Positions 34,549-48,784 of a stretch of 64,000 nt of DNA are shown here, in pieces. The stretch's first letter is position 1. Every line of letters starts with the position of its first letter. Position numbers and translations under genes: made by a program. A model generated the notes under the pieces. The model searched no databases, was not told where the DNA came from, and saw only the letters and a list, made by a program, of their open reading frames with translations. The stretch covers positions 1-64,000 of the forward strand of contig CDMY01000176.1 of assembly GCA_001179505.1 (NCBI GenBank). The letters run 5' to 3'. Source of the stretch: Vitrella brassicaformis CCMP3155. Its lineage: Eukaryota; Protista; Chromerida.

Positions 34549-37213
34549 ATGCTGCTGAGCCTTGTCGCCTTTATTGTTTCAGCGCCATCTACAGCCTTCC
34601 GCCTCGCCAACGCTCCCATTCAGCCCCTGACGGGCCAAGCTCTCTGGTCCAGGTCCCATTCAACGATGGCAGCTGATCATGGGAAGGACAGCAGCAGCAT
34701 GGAGACCCTGTCAAGCTTCCTGAGTGGCTGCATCGACAGGCTGGAGCAACATGCATCGCCGGCAGGCCAGCACAAGCTGAATGCAGTCCTGGGCAACACC
34801 TCTGGAGATCTGGTGAGTGAGTGCCATGCAATGAGCCAGACAGAGATGGCTTGTCTGTCTGGACTTTCTGTTGTGTTGCGTGACGTGCAGGACTCTGTCT
34901 GTGCTGCGATTGCCAAAGCATGGCTGCTCACGATGGTAGGTACGGTCGTCAGACACCGGTGACACACCACAGACAAGAGAGGCTGGGCTGCTCGTGTGGG
35001 TGTGCGCGTAGACAGGCGTGCCGAGTTATCCCGTGATGAACTTCCCCAGTGAGGACCTGCCGCTGCGCATCCTGCTCTTCTATTGGCTGCAGCACGTGCT
35101 GCACGAGAGCCAGGCCGAGGCCAACATGCTGGAGAGATTCTGCATCGACCAGCCGCTCATACTCAAGGTCAGTCAGTGGCCCTACCATACACCCGTCGCG
35201 TGGTGGGCTCTGCTCTGTCTTGCAGGGGATGGAGACCAGTCGGCCGTGGACCCTGACGATCGTCGACCACAACGAGCTCAGCCCCACACAGCGCGACAAG
35301 TAAGCAGTGGGCTATGCTGGGTGCTCAGCACAGACGGCCTGTCTATGTCACACACACCAAACAGGTGGCAGGGTCGTGTGACTCGCATCACGGACCACCA
35401 CAAGGACGAGTCGCATGCCTATGAGCACCAGGACGACATCGAGAAGAACATCAGCGACCCCTCCGTCGGCAGCTGCTGCACACTCATCGCCGAAGAGGTA
35501 AGTAGCCAGGCCAGGTGCAGTGCCTTCTGCACTGCACTGCATTCACATACTCATACTCATCTCTCCCTGCCCTGGTACGGTGGGTGCACGGCGGTACATG
35601 CCTGCAGTGGTTTGCGAGCGGTGCGGCGATGCCTCGTGAAGCGGCGCTGCTGTTGCTGGGACCCATCCTCACAGGTCAGCCAGTCAGCTAACCATGTCAC
35701 GTCACGCACATCACGATGATGGTGTAAGTAACATGACTTACTGACCATCACATGTGTGGTTGGGTTGCGTGTCTGGTGTTGTTCAGACACCGGCGCTTTT
35801 GCCCCCGAGCTCAAGGGGTCTCGCTGGAGCGATCGGTGGGCGAAAGGCATGCGGCTCCAAAATGCTGTTTGCGCATCCCTCCCGCGTCGATTGGTGTGTG
35901 TTTCTTTGTATGGACTTCCACCACACCACACCACACTGGCCACAGGGATGAGTCAGCCCGCGAGCAGCTGTGCAAGGCACGTAGCGTAAACGAAGGGAAA
36001 CTGACTTACAAATGATATATTGATTACGCGCTGAGGTGTGGCGTTGTTCTGCGTGGCCCACATGGTCGGTCATGTATGGCAGGTGGTGGGCTGGGATGAG
36101 TCTCGGTGGCGTGAGGCCGCCAGGATGCTACAAGACGCCAAGTTCGACGTCAAAGAGAACCTCTCCATGGTCAGTCAGTAGGCACATGGACTGCACGTCA
36201 CATTATTCCATCAGCGACTCTCTCTCTCTTTGTGTGTGTGTGCGTGTGTGTGTGTGTGTGCCATATATTCACTAACTAGGGTCTGGCCAATCTTCTGCGG
36301 TCGGACTTCAAACTGTACCACTACGGACAACTGACGGTGAAGCAAAGACAGAGGAGCGGCTAGCTACATCAATCAGCACACTCATGAGGCGCGCGCGTGT
36401 GTGTGAAGGCAGGTGGGTTACTCGTCTCTGACGATCCCTCTGGAGGCGTGCTTCACCGACACGTCTGACGACACCACCGACCACGCCCTGGTGGGTGGGT
36501 GACAGCCGGCCGATGTCGGTTGGGTGCATCCTGCCTGCCTGCCTGCCTGCCTGCTGGTGCCTGTGCGTCATTCGTTCGTTCGTTCATTCGTTCATTTTGC
36601 ATGTGACGTGCAGATGCACCACATGGAGAGGAACGGCCTGGACCTGCTCATCATCATGGCGTGGAAACTGCAACCAAGTCAGTCAGTCTGTGCGACAGGG
36701 AGACAGACAACCCCCGCCCATACACACACACCCTGGCCCTGCCTGTCGTCTCCCACCTGCAGCCATGTCCCGTGAAATGGCGGTTTGTGTCCGGCGCGAC
36801 GACGAGAGAGCCGACGGTACGGACGTACTCCTGACCTTCCTGTTGAAAGCTGGTGGGCTGATGGGCCGTCTTTTGTCTGTTTGTCTGTCTGTCTGTGTGT
36901 GGGGCAGAGATTGTGAGGTCCATCGCTGGCATCAGCGAGCTGCAGCTGTCGCCCATGGAGCTGCCGTGGACGCCCAAGAGCACCAAACTCGCCGCGTTCT
37001 TCCAGGTAAACCATCCCCCATCCCATAGAGACAGACAGCCTGGGTATATATATGTGTGGTTGGTGTCTTGTGTTGTGTTGTCTTGTGTTGTGTTGTGTTG
37101 TGATGCGTTGTGGGTCGGTCTGTCTGTTGGGTCAGGGGAATGACAAGGCTTCCCGGAAGATCGCTGAGCCGCTCATCAGAGGCTGTTTGTCGGGAGTGAC
37201 AGGCTGCGAGTGA
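34549..37213 (+). CDS. DHH-family exopolyphosphatase (PPX1/PRUNE-like), probably plastid-targeted
   Basis: Motifs across exons: VLGNTSGDL|DSVCAA, TIVDHNEL, RITDHHKDE (DHH), SVGSCCTLIAEE, terminal ASRKIAEPLI. Leader MLLSLVAFIVSAPSTA|FRLANAP... Confidence 0.9.
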
Positions 37214-37606
37214 CTGACCGATATGTATGTGCTGTCTGTGCTGTGCTGTGCCGTTGCATGGCGGTCGTGCTGTATTCTATAGGACACACACGGTGTACGG
37301 TGACATGATGGACTTCTCTACCATCACAAGGTGCGTCCGTCGAATCATTGACCCACGGGCAAGGCAACATCCGTCAAATCCGTCTCATACACGCCGGACA
37401 TCATCCAACTCGCGAGATAGACAGGCATCTCTCTGTCACTCAGCTGGGACCGTCAACCACCCGATCGAAGTACATGGCAGCGACCGGTGTGTCGCCACCA
37501 AGAACCAGGACCAGCCGCTGGAAGGCACCAGCCAAGCAGGCCAGACAGAACACACTCATGCGCGTGGCCACGGAAAACAGCTCATTGTCACGTCACAGGC
37601 GTCTAT

Positions 37607-40600
37607 CTATCGCCTTGGGTACGACGGGAATCCCCCCACCCCTCGCCCCCTCTCAGAATAACTCTGTGGCCTCCCACCAGAGCCTTGACCACCGTTGGGA
37701 GGCCGGGACGGCGGATGCGGCAAGATCTTGGGATGGCCCGATGATATCGGTGGAGGGGGCGGCTGGCCGCGGGGGTCCTGCAGCGGATTGGCAGGTGTGG
37801 ACGGTGGTGGTGGCGGGGGAGACCGGCTGCCGTGCGGGGCCGGACCATGGGCGCTCGTCGGTTGGTGCAGCAGGGGAGGGGGCGGCGACTGACGGGCCGC
37901 CACATGGGGCTGGGGAGCACCTGACAAAGCATCGCATTCACACACCGATGGATGGATGGATGGATGGATGGATGGATGGAGACCAGACAAGGAAGAACAG
38001 GAAGACACAATCAATATGACTGACACGTCCTGCGCATCGGTGCACTCACTGCACGTGTGGGTCTGTCTTAGTTACCCCCATGCTTTGGCTGCTGGTGTGG
38101 TGGTGGAGGCGGCAGGGGGCTTCTTGGCGCGCTCCGTGTCGCCGGAGGCTGGGGCGATTTCTGAGTCTGTATGGGTGGTGGGGGATGCTGCGGCCTCTTG
38201 GCCTCACGGCTGCCCTCGGCGGGGGCCTCGTCCGCCTTTCGCTTGGCAGGCAGCGACGGGGCGGCCGCAGTCGCCTTGTCCTTGTCCTTCTCCTTGTCAG
38301 TCGCCGCACCACTCGCACCGGCAGCAGCATCAGCAACGCCGTTGGGCTTGCCGGCGTCTTTGGTGTCGCCAGAATCCTGCGGCGTCTTGTCTGCCGATGA
38401 TGCGGCGGGCTTGGGTGGTGGCTGGGATGCGTCTGTGGCCTTGGCAGCTGGCGTAGGAGCAGTGGCCGGGATAGGGGCGGCTGCTGGTGTTGCTGTTTCC
38501 TTCGGCTGCTGTTGTTGCTGGTGCTGGTGTTGCTCCTGCTTTTGGTCTTGTTCTGGTGCTGGCTCGGCCTGTTGCTGCTCCTGCTTCTGGGGCTGGGGAG
38601 CCTTGGCGGCGTCCTCCTTCTTTTGCTGGTCTTTGCCTTTGTCCTTTTCCTTCTCTTTGTCCTTCTCGTCTCGCTGCTGCTGCTGCTGCTGTGGTGGCGG
38701 TGGCGATGGCGGCGGCGGCTCTTGTTTAAGTGTAGGCTGTGGTCTCGGCTTGTATGTGCCTGTCTGGAACTCCTGCATCAGCTGCAGAGTGTCGCGGGGA
38801 CCGGCGAAGGGCAGCTGATGTCCATTCATGGCACACACAAAGAGACAGAGAGAGAGGTGGGGGTACGTTCCGCCGGTGCGGCTGTGAGTATGTGCGTACC
38901 TCTTGGATGTACGTGTGTGCGTCTAGGTATTTCTTGTTGAAGAGCCGTGCGAACTGCAGCCTGAAGAGGGGGTCGTAGTTGGCCTTGTCCAACTCGTACT
39001 CCTTCTCAATCGCACCGGGCTCCTCATCCTACCAACCCACACCACACCACGCACACCCATTTCTGTCTGTCAGTGAGTGTGTTGGGGTGGGGTACGGGGC
39101 CTTCCTCTCCTCTCCTCACCGCCGCGACTTTCTCGACCATGTCCTGCAGCTTCTCGTCCAGTGCATCAGACACTATCATCTGCACACACACAGAGAGAGA
39201 GCATCGCATCGCACCCACGCTCACTCACTCAGCAAGAGCAATGTGCTGTGCTGCCTTCTATTCCACCCCGTGTGTGTGTGGTGTGGTACCTACCTGTCGC
39301 ACTTTGTCGAGTTGTTCCTCCTCCCTCTCCTTGCCCCACTCGCCATGCCCCTTGCGCACGTCCGTCGGCGCCACGTTGAAGTCGGGTGACGCCAGGCTCC
39401 TCAAGAACTTGTCAGCCTTGTCCGCAGGAGGCACCGGCGGGTGCTCTGACCAATCAAATCAACACACGATCCCTCTTGGTGTCTGTCTGGTTTGTGGGCT
39501 CACTCACTCAGCATGCCGGCCACTCGTCTGGGGAACGGCTTGACACGGCTGACCCGCGCCGCGATCGCACCACCAGGGCCAAAGGCAGCGCAGAAGTCCC
39601 GTTTCGGCCGTGCAGAAGCCTTGTGCGCTGCCCCCTCGGCCATGACGACCATGTCGGTCTCAGTGCCGCGGTCATGAGCCCTGAAGTAGGGATTGGCGAT
39701 GCCGTGCTCCTGGAGGGAGAATGTGTTGGTCGGGTGGGGGTCAGGTGTCTCGAGGACGTCTCTCGGGTCAGACTGTAGGATTTTGTTGATCTCGTCCTCG
39801 GACTTGGTGCCCATGGGTTTGCCGCTGATGGGCAGTCGCTTCCAGCTGCTCTGCAGGGGGGAGGGAACAGGGGGACGGGTGGGGCATGTGTGTGGATGTG
39901 GCTGTGGGTGTGGGGCTGTGGGTGTGTGTGTCCTTCCTTACCCATATGGCGTCGTTGCGGCAGAGGTGATAGAGACGTTCCAGGACGGCTGAAAGGGGAT
40001 GCGTAGACGGGGGAGGGGGATGGATAAATGGATGGCTGGATGGATGAATGGTGGCATCAGCGCAGCGCCTGCCTGCGTACCGTACCGTGATCGCCTCCGC
40101 TGATTTTGAGGAGTGCCGTCTCCACCCGATGCTTCAACGCATGATACTCCTTCCGCTGCACACAACCACAACCACACACAGATAGAGAGAGCATAAGTAA
40201 CAGCATTGTCTGTAGATGGCCACACACTGCGTCTGTGCTGTGCTTCTACCTCACCTCTTGGTCGGTGAGGTGTTCTTTCCTCTTGTCGCCAGCACCACTT
40301 GCAGCAGCAGCCCCACCACCACCAGTAGCACCACCAGTGCTGCTGGCAGCACTGGCCGGGGGCGCACTGGGCGTGTCGATCTCTGGCGTGGCGTACTGAC
40401 CCACCGAATGAAGCGCCAGCAACATGTGACACTGACACACGCAACATGACACACATACAGACAGACAAAGACAGCAGTCGGCACGTGATTGTGTGGCTGC
40501 CCTCCCTCCCCTCCCCGCGCCGCCTGTTGTGCCTACGTATAGGAGTCGTCTGAACTTGGGCGTCTTGAGTTGGGTGCGGAAGAGGGCTGCGTCGGTGATG

Positions 40601-41943
40601 TACTTGTGCAGACACAAAGAGGGCAGACCCGCAGCACACGCCTCCTCGAAGGCAAACGGCCTGACGTCATGCACACACACACACGCGCAGGCACCACGGT
40701 CGTGATCCAGCAATAAACATGTGGTATCTGGAATGTGTGTGTGTGTGGTGCTTACGGTATGGTGTGTTGGTCGAGGAAGTCGAGGACTTTAGTGACGACT
40801 GGATGGAAACGGGCCCAGCGCAACTCATTGTCAGCATCCTTGCTGTTCAACTGCGGCCATCCAACACACACACACACACACACACATACACACACGGTCT
40901 GGTAGCTGGTTGGTGGCTGGTTGGTGTGGCGACCATGTCTGGTGATTTGAGGAACTTGTGCAGGCTCCAGAAGGCCTGGTACACCTCATAGGTCACGCCA
41001 TCATCCGCCGACTCTGCCGAGCACACACATACACACACCCACACCCCTGCAGTGCCCAGCTCCTTCCGCATGGCATGTTGCTCTCGCCCGTCCCGCCCGC
41101 TCACCGTGTGCGTCAGGGGGTACGGTGTTGTTCTTCATAACGGCATCGCCCTCGGCATCCTCCAGCAGAGACTTGCCGCCAGACTTGGAACTGAACCCAC
41201 AACACACGCCACGCCACACGCCATTCATTGGATTGGACGCCGCGGGAGTGCACCTGTTGTTCTCCCTCCCTCCCTCCCTCCCTCCGTCAGTGTAAGTGTG
41301 TGCGCAGTACTTGAATTCGGCCTCAGTGTCTAGATGCATGGGGTGTCCGTGGCCGTGCGCCATTAAAATGGGCTTGGTCGCGAAGAAAGTGCCTGCAACG
41401 AACGCAACGAACACACGGCCAGGGATGGGAAGGGATGGACAGATGCTCGTCTGCTCTGCTCTGCTCTGCTCGGCGAGTGCTTACTGGATCCACTGCCGTA
41501 GGGCCACAGCTTCTGGAAGGCTTGCAGCATCCTACACACACACAATCACACAATCACACACAAAGCAGACCATACACACGAGTTTGGATCGGATCAGCAA
41601 ATCGGATCCTTTTTCTTTGTGACGTCCGTCCGTACCGAAATCTGAGTGTGGCGTGGTGCACGGGGTCGAGCTGCTCCCGCCTGCTCTCGACGGCGTTCTT
41701 GATGCCCACCGCTGCGCGCATGCGGTACTGAATGAACACCGAACGTAGACACCGGACACACAATACGATGCGCACAATCACACAAGGGATGGATGCGATG
41801 CAGACGACCGTCCCCTCACAGCCAAAGCTTGTGTGTGTGTGTGTGTGCGGGCAAGTGTTCTTACCCCAAGGCTGTGTCCCATTCTGGGCGCCTTCTCCAA
41901 GGCCGACACAACGGGGCCCAAGTTGGCCGCAGGGATGGACTGA

Positions 41944-41980
<37 letters not shown>

Positions 41981-42663
41981 GATGCACAGGGAATGAGGCT
42001 GCCTGGCCTGCAGGGGGGAGTGTATGTCTGACCTGCATGGCGTCCTGCACGGCGAATGTCCACTCACCCCGCCGGCTGAACACACAGTCTGACAACCAAC
42101 GGACACAGACGCAGACACAAGCAGGCGTCATGTCACGCCCGTCTGAGTGTCTTCGAATAACTGTTTAGTCCATCATCTCACCAGGCACTGCACTGCCCTC
42201 ACCTGGCCCAGTTTTTCGGCATTCCACATAGAGTATGGCGAGGACCTCAATCACCTTGCCCCACACCACCGCCACCCTGTCCCAATCGTCGGCACAGGCA
42301 GACTGACACACCACACACAGACAGACAGACAGACACACCGGGACAGGCCTCCATCACACACACAATACCCTGTGTGCTCTTGCTGACCTTGAGTGTCGGC
42401 ATCAGAGCATAGAGCGCCTCGACGAGCGCCTTTGACGCGTCATATTCGATGACGGCGCCCTCCCCCGCCCTCTGTCTGAATGCCTTGTCCGCCCGCAGCA
42501 CCCGCAAGATCTCATCGGCCACGCCAGCCGGGGCCCTCTCGCCCAGCGAAATCAGCAGGTTGACGAAGGACGCCTTGCTCCAGGTGCGCCAGTCTGGCGC
42601 AGGGGAGGCGTCATCGCCCTCTATGTCCGAGTAGCCCAGCGCCTCCTTCAGCAGAGACGCCAT
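37607..42663 (-). CDS. THOC1: THO complex subunit 1 (THOC1/Hpr1) homolog, many exons, long low-complexity C-terminus
   Basis: YEVYQAFWSLHKFL, KYITDAALFRTQLKTPKFRR, NDAIW|VSWKR and DEEPGAIEKEYELDKANYDPLFRL match THOC1 hallmark segments in the expected order. Last exon 37920-37607 joins in phase 1. Confidence 0.8.
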
Positions 42664-42783
42664 TGGATTGATTCTCTCGCCGATACGAGTCGATGGACTC
42701 ACATGATCTACGTCACACCATGGCGTCTAACGTCTCGACGCCCCTTTGAAGGCTTGCGAGCTAAGCCTGCGAGCTTAGCGGAG

Positions 42784-44623
42784 ATGCCGAAGATGCTGAA
42801 TGTGATGAGAAGGAGGCCGCTGACACCCTCGTGTGTTCAGCCATGTGTTCTATATCTGCAAAAACATTGTTCCTTCGCGTCTTTCGCCCAGTCGCAGACA
42901 TCAAGTGCTGTGCAGTTGGCATCTGTGGCGAAATGCAGGCCGACGCAGAGCGCTGTGCAGCCATGTCAACGACTGCGGGAGATGGGCGTCATCCACAGGG
43001 TCAGATCTCTCATGTGCACGACTTTCATTCATCGCATCACATTAATTACGTGTGCGGTGACTGTGTCCCTGTCCGTCTGTGTGTGTGTTGTGTGTCAGCG
43101 GTTTGCCAGCAAACCCACTCCGCCGGTGATATCGCGAGATGAGCAGCTGGGCGAGCTGCCGAGGCCGCAGAGGCAGCAGTCGGGGCTCAAGGGGCTGCTG
43201 AGAAGGGCGACGCAGCAGCAGCCCGTCACCGCCGTGCGAGCACCGCCTGCATCGGTACAAACACACACACACCGACCTACCCTTTACCCCCACAAACACC
43301 GACACGCCTTCACAAACGCACCACTCTGTCTTTCCTCCCTTGTGCAGTCCTTCGCCAACCGCGACATGGGCGCTGCGTCCGCTGCGTCAGCAGCACCAGC
43401 CGCGGGCGGGCTGGCATCCGCCCCGCCGGAGCCCGGTGTGTACGAGGAGATTAAGCCTGAGATGGACGCCGAGCAGACCTGGGCGCGCAAGAAGCACTTC
43501 AAAAACCTGCCGCTGTGGGCAAGGACCGACAGGATACCTTTGGCGGCACTGCTCATGTCGGCGGCGTTGGTCGTGCCGCTGGCCGCTGGGGCCGTCGGCG
43601 TGCACGTGGCGCCTTGTGAGTCAGTCATGAGTCGCGAGATGGATGGATGCATGGATGGATGGATGGATGGATGGATGGAGTGTGTGTGTGCGTGTGTGTG
43701 CAGTCACGCCGCTCGCAGAGCTGTCCCGTGACATGCTGACGTGGTCGGTGCACTACGGCGCCGCGCTGCTGACCTTCCTGGTCAGCCATGAGCAGATAGA
43801 TAGGGCCTAAGAAAGTTTATGGACTCACTCACTGGGTCTACGTGGACGATGTGTGTCACTTCACTCATTCAGGGTGGCATCCACTTTGGTCTGTCGCTGG
43901 GCGACCTTGCCGTGCCCAAAGAAGTGAGCAGTGAATGCAGAAAGAATGAAGACATGTGCAGGGTGGTGCCTGTGTGTGTGTGTGTGTCCGTTTGTGTGTG
44001 GTCAGACGACGTTCCGCGGGGTCTACAACCTGGCGCGTTACGGCTGGCCCGTCATCCCACTCGTCATGGGCATGCTCGCATCAGGTAACCGCGTCAGGCT
44101 CGACATATTGCTCTCATGTGTGTCTGCATCCATTATGCATTTTGCGCTGTGTGCGTTGCTCGCCTACACAGTGATGGCGTACGCAATGCCCCGCGACAGC
44201 ATCTACTACCTCATCACGGGATTCTTCTGCATCATCAGTAACCATCACATCGCACGCACCAAACGAGACAGACAGACAGACACTTTGTTGGCCTGTGCGC
44301 ATGTCGTGGGTTCGTTGGTTGGTTGGTTGGTTGGTTCAGGCATCGACTCGTTGTTCTACTTTTTCTGCCTCATGCCGCCGTGGTTCATCACGCTGCGGAT
44401 CGCACTCTGCCTCGCCATCCAAATCGGTCGGTCTGCGTGAACGTCTCACCACACAGAGGGACATGGACAATGGACACTCACCACCAATAATGCGCCTGTC
44501 TGTGGTGTGTGGTGTGTGGCGTGTGATGTGATGGTGGTGCCGTCGATGCATCCAGCACTGGGAATAATGGCGACGAGCGAGCAGGTGCAGTATTTCGGCA
44601 GGAGGACGCAGCTCAAGATGTGA
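42784..44623 (+). CDS. DUF3429 / TMEM69-like membrane protein, possibly mitochondrial
   Basis: WSVHYGAALLTFL|GGIHFGLSL, RYGWPVIPLVMG, DSLFYFFCLMPPWFITLR. Basic, acid-poor N-terminus. 3' end approximate. Confidence 0.75.
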
Positions 44624-46269
44624 CCGGGGGGGAGGGAGGGAGGGAGGGTGGATGGATGGATGGATGGCGCCCAACAGGTGATGACGATGTGTTCTGTGCT
44701 CAAGTGGGGGTCTTTCCGTGGCTGGCCTGGATGGATGCGTCTTGTGGTGCTCGCGCTGGTGCGTGCGCGCGGCTCGTCTGGGTGCCGAGTGGCGACACAA
44801 CCAATCGCCGCCATGTACTCAGAAGGCTGCGCGTGCCCTCTGGCTGAGTGGGCAAGGATGCCCTGCCTGTCTGCCTCAAGAGTCCTTCAGTCCTGACTGA
44901 TGGGAGTGTTCTGCTCTGATTGTAGCGACCTGTCAACAAGGGTCATCTGTCCGTCCCGTGTTTAACAGTGATGGATCAGGCAGGCAGGCAGGCACGAACC
45001 AACGAAGGAAGAGGATCAGACACAGCAACAAGTGCAGCCAGCCATCGATAAATCATCGCGGGGTTAGGTCATCCATCGTGTTGCTGCCTCAAGTCGCCAC
45101 CAATGCACCACAAACACACACTCACACGGCAACGTTCCATCAACACGTACGTAGCAGGTGTCTGTCTGCCAGTCGACTAAACTGAGCTCACGCAGAGTCC
45201 TAGCCAGTGGATAAACAGTCAGTCCATGCACCTCACACACACACACCAGTGGGTCTGTCTACCTATCAGAAATCAATCAGGTCAGTCAGGTCAGGACTAA
45301 CAGACGACTAAATGCTTGCTACCTACCAACCAGTTAGTCTAGTGCTTTCCTCTCTCGCGAGCGGCGAGGTCTGAGGAGTCGTGCCTTACAGATTCACCTA
45401 CACCAAATACACAGACAGACTGATGGATGGATGGATGGATGAGCCTTGACGAAAAAGAGCTGCGTCCCACGACACGACACGAGCGCCTTCAAATTCATGC
45501 GGCACAGATCGTTCAGTCCATCTGTCTGCCTGTCTGTCTGTCTGTCTCACTCGTCTTTCCTTTGCTTTGCTGCGGGCAGACGGGACAACGACCGACGACC
45601 TACCTCACCGCACATTCACACGGACACACAGACAGGTACGACAAACTGACTGCAAAGGGGTGCTTTAGTGTCTGATGGATGGATGGATGGACACAACGCC
45701 GAATGCATGATGGACCTACCTCTCTCCTCGCTTCTTCCCTCCCACTCCACTAGCCTGGTGCCTGCCCTGCCTTTCCTCCCTCCCTTAACTCTTCCTTCCC
45801 TGGTGCCCGCCATCCGACCGTCAGTCAGCCCGATCCATCGCTTTCGCCGTCAGTCAGCCAGCAGAGGGGCCTTTTAAGCCCGCGCACAGCACCCACCCCT
45901 CCCTCCCTCCCTCCCTCCCTCTCTCTCTCCGTCTCTCCCTCCCAGCCCCCCACAGCGACAAGGACACATTTTACTGCAGCCAGGCAAACAGGCAAACAGT
46001 GAGTATACAACACACCGACACCGAGACACCGAGACCAACCGTATCCGTTGCAGCACACCTCCAACCAGGCCACTGTTTTGCACAGACTCCTCGACTTCGT
46101 CAGCAGCCAGCCAACCACCCAGCCACCCAGCCAGCCAACCGCTCCCCCGCCAGCCCCTGGCTCCCCTCCCCCCTTGCATCATCGTGACAATCCTTGCTTG
46201 TCTCCCTTCCTCATTGCTTCCCCCGACTTGACAGACAGACAGACCCGACCATGCGTGCCACACCTCCCG

Positions 46270-46690
46270 CATGGTGTGGCATCCATCATCATCCACCCCC
46301 TTGCTCGACTCGACGCCCCTGATATCCACAGCAACAGAACGTTCACATATATCCGTACCATTCACAGGTGCATGACCGTTTCCCCTCTCTCTGCTTACGC
46401 TCGCCCCTCTTGTCCTTATTCTGCTCGTTCTCTGCTCGGCAGGCACACACAGGAATCCGTATTTGGCGACGGTTGGCTCAAGTGATGTGTATGTCTTTGA
46501 GTACAGGCATTCGTACCGCCGGCCTCGAGCAGCTGGTTGATCAGGGCCTGCAGGCGAGGAACGAGCACCGTGTTCATCCTGTCGTCGTCGCCCACCTGCT
46601 CCTCGGTCAGCAATAATGTGATGGTGTAGTCCTCGTTGTCGGCCGCCCACTGATTCAAAATCTCGGCGTGGCTCGTCCGGCACACCCTCC
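46270..46690 (-). pseudogene. Isolated inverted copy of the WAAD exon module
   Basis: ILNQWAADNEDYTITLLLTEEQVGDDDRMNTVLVPRLQALINQLLEAGG|GTACGA plus downstream intron/exon sequence colinear with ~9670-10060 and ~17500-17900. Confidence 0.75.
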
Positions 46691-48784
46691 ACACTGGAGA
46701 ATTGGTCTGTCCGGTGAGCCGCGCAACCTGTGACACACCAACAGACGATGCACAGGAATGAAAGCCGTGTGCAATCATGTGTGTGTGTACGTGTGTGTGG
46801 TCTGCCTACCATTCAATCATCGGCTGAAGGCACTCATCCATCCATCCATCCACTCACTGACAGAAATGCATTGCACGTCAAGTTGCCGCGTCAAGTGACG
46901 CACTCACTACCGGTTGCCTCTCTCTAGCTACCCTACCTGTCGCCACACACATCACACATCACACACATCACACACACATATATACATACACACACATACA
47001 CATACACATGCGCGACATGCACACCTGCTCTGCGGGTCAGTGCAGTGCACAAGCACGTACACTATCTATCTGCTCATCGCACGCCTAAACTGTCAGGTCA
47101 GCCAGGTCATCTGACGGACGGACGGGCCGCACAAAAAGGCAAGACACTCGGCTGGCTGGGCTGGGCATGCCATTAATGAGGAGAGACAAGCCGCAGGCTG
47201 TCGGTCTCAGTTCGGTGTCTGATCAGTCTGTCTATCTAGCTAGCTCGTTGGCTAGCTCGAATGAACAAATTGTCCTATATATCACATACACGCTAGCTAT
47301 CAGCTTTCTTAAAAGGCACATCATCTCTCTCTCTCAATCAAGAGTCCAGCCAGCCACCGATACATCACATCAATTACCTCTCACTCACCCAACCATGCAC
47401 ACACATGCAGGTACGCAATGCAACCATTGACGCCCCTCAACACCCCTCCCCGCCCCGCACCTCTCCCTCTCCCGCCACGCCCTGCCCAGCCCTGCCCCCG
47501 CTTAAAAGAGTTGGAACGAACAAGCGCTCTTCCTCTGCTCTGCTCTTTCGACGGTGCGTGAGTCCCCCCGCACATGCCATGCCATGCGTGGACCAACACA
47601 TGAATGTGATGTGCAAACAGGGGGAGTGTTCGTTGGACGCACCAAGAGAATGGGACAAAAAATTACCCCCGTGTAGCTGTCTGTAGCTGCGCTGTGGCCC
47701 GTCCCGCATCATCGCAACGGCCCGCCGTGTCAGCCCATCCCCCCACCCACCCACAAGAAAGAAAGAACAAGGGACATTCTCCAAAAGAAGACAGGCCAAC
47801 CATCAGTGGCGAGAAGAACCGATTGGTCGACGACGAAAAAATGAAACCCACGACAGACACCACACCACACCCGGCCATCCATCTCATCTCCCACCCATCC
47901 CACCCACCAGCCGAGGTATTTGGCCGTCCGTCCGTCCGTCTGTCTGTCTGTCATGGAATACAATACCATGCGCACACGTGTGTGTAGCGGCTCTGTGTGT
48001 GTGTTTGCTGCGCTGCCTAGCTCATCGTGTGGCCGTCGAAAAGGAAAAGTGAGACCATCCATCCAGCCATCCCATCCATGCCTCGATCCCAGACCTGGCA
48101 ACCCCGCCCGCACAACGGTCATTCATCCATCCATCCGCACCGGCAAACACACACACACACACAGATGCCCTCTATCTCTTCCTAAACCGGCATCAAAGAA
48201 AAGATATCCACTCCACGACAAACACAAATCACAGTGTGCCAGACAAAGGGCATCACACGACAAATCGGTCAGTCAGCCAAAGGTGCATTGAAGCACACCC
48301 AGCACACAACAACAGACACCATAACTGCAGACTGTGTCATCCATCCATCCACCTATGGTTCCTCCCTTGCTTCCTCGTCGATTGGTGGTGAGTGAGTGTG
48401 TGTGTGTTCGTGCGTGTGTGTGTGTGTGTGTGTGTGTTCGTGCGTGTGTGTTGTGCCCTCTCTGGCGCATGCACTCTATCTGCTGCCATGCCATGCCATG
48501 CCATTCCATCCATCCATCCACGCACACACACATACAGACCGACAGCCAGACGGACAGAATCAAAACACATCACACATCCATCAGCCAAGACAGACAGACA
48601 GACAGATAGGCGGCTACGAGAAGCGGTCCGTCCGTGGGAGTGTTGCGTGGATTTAGTCAAGGGCGTGGGTAGAGAGACAGACGTGTGGCTGCCTGCCACT
48701 GGTGGCACAGCACGCCTCCCCTCCCCTCCCCTCCCCTCCCCACGCCCACCATGCGGCTGGTCAAGTACATACATACGACACGGG

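Noticed and set aside
38171-38940. Long plus-strand ORFs rich in Cys/Leu/Ala
   Set aside because: Antisense shadows of the low-complexity THOC1 C-terminal exon.
44900-48700. Many short ORFs among microsatellites
   Set aside because: Simple-repeat-derived intergenic sequence, apart from the 46.3-46.7 kb module.
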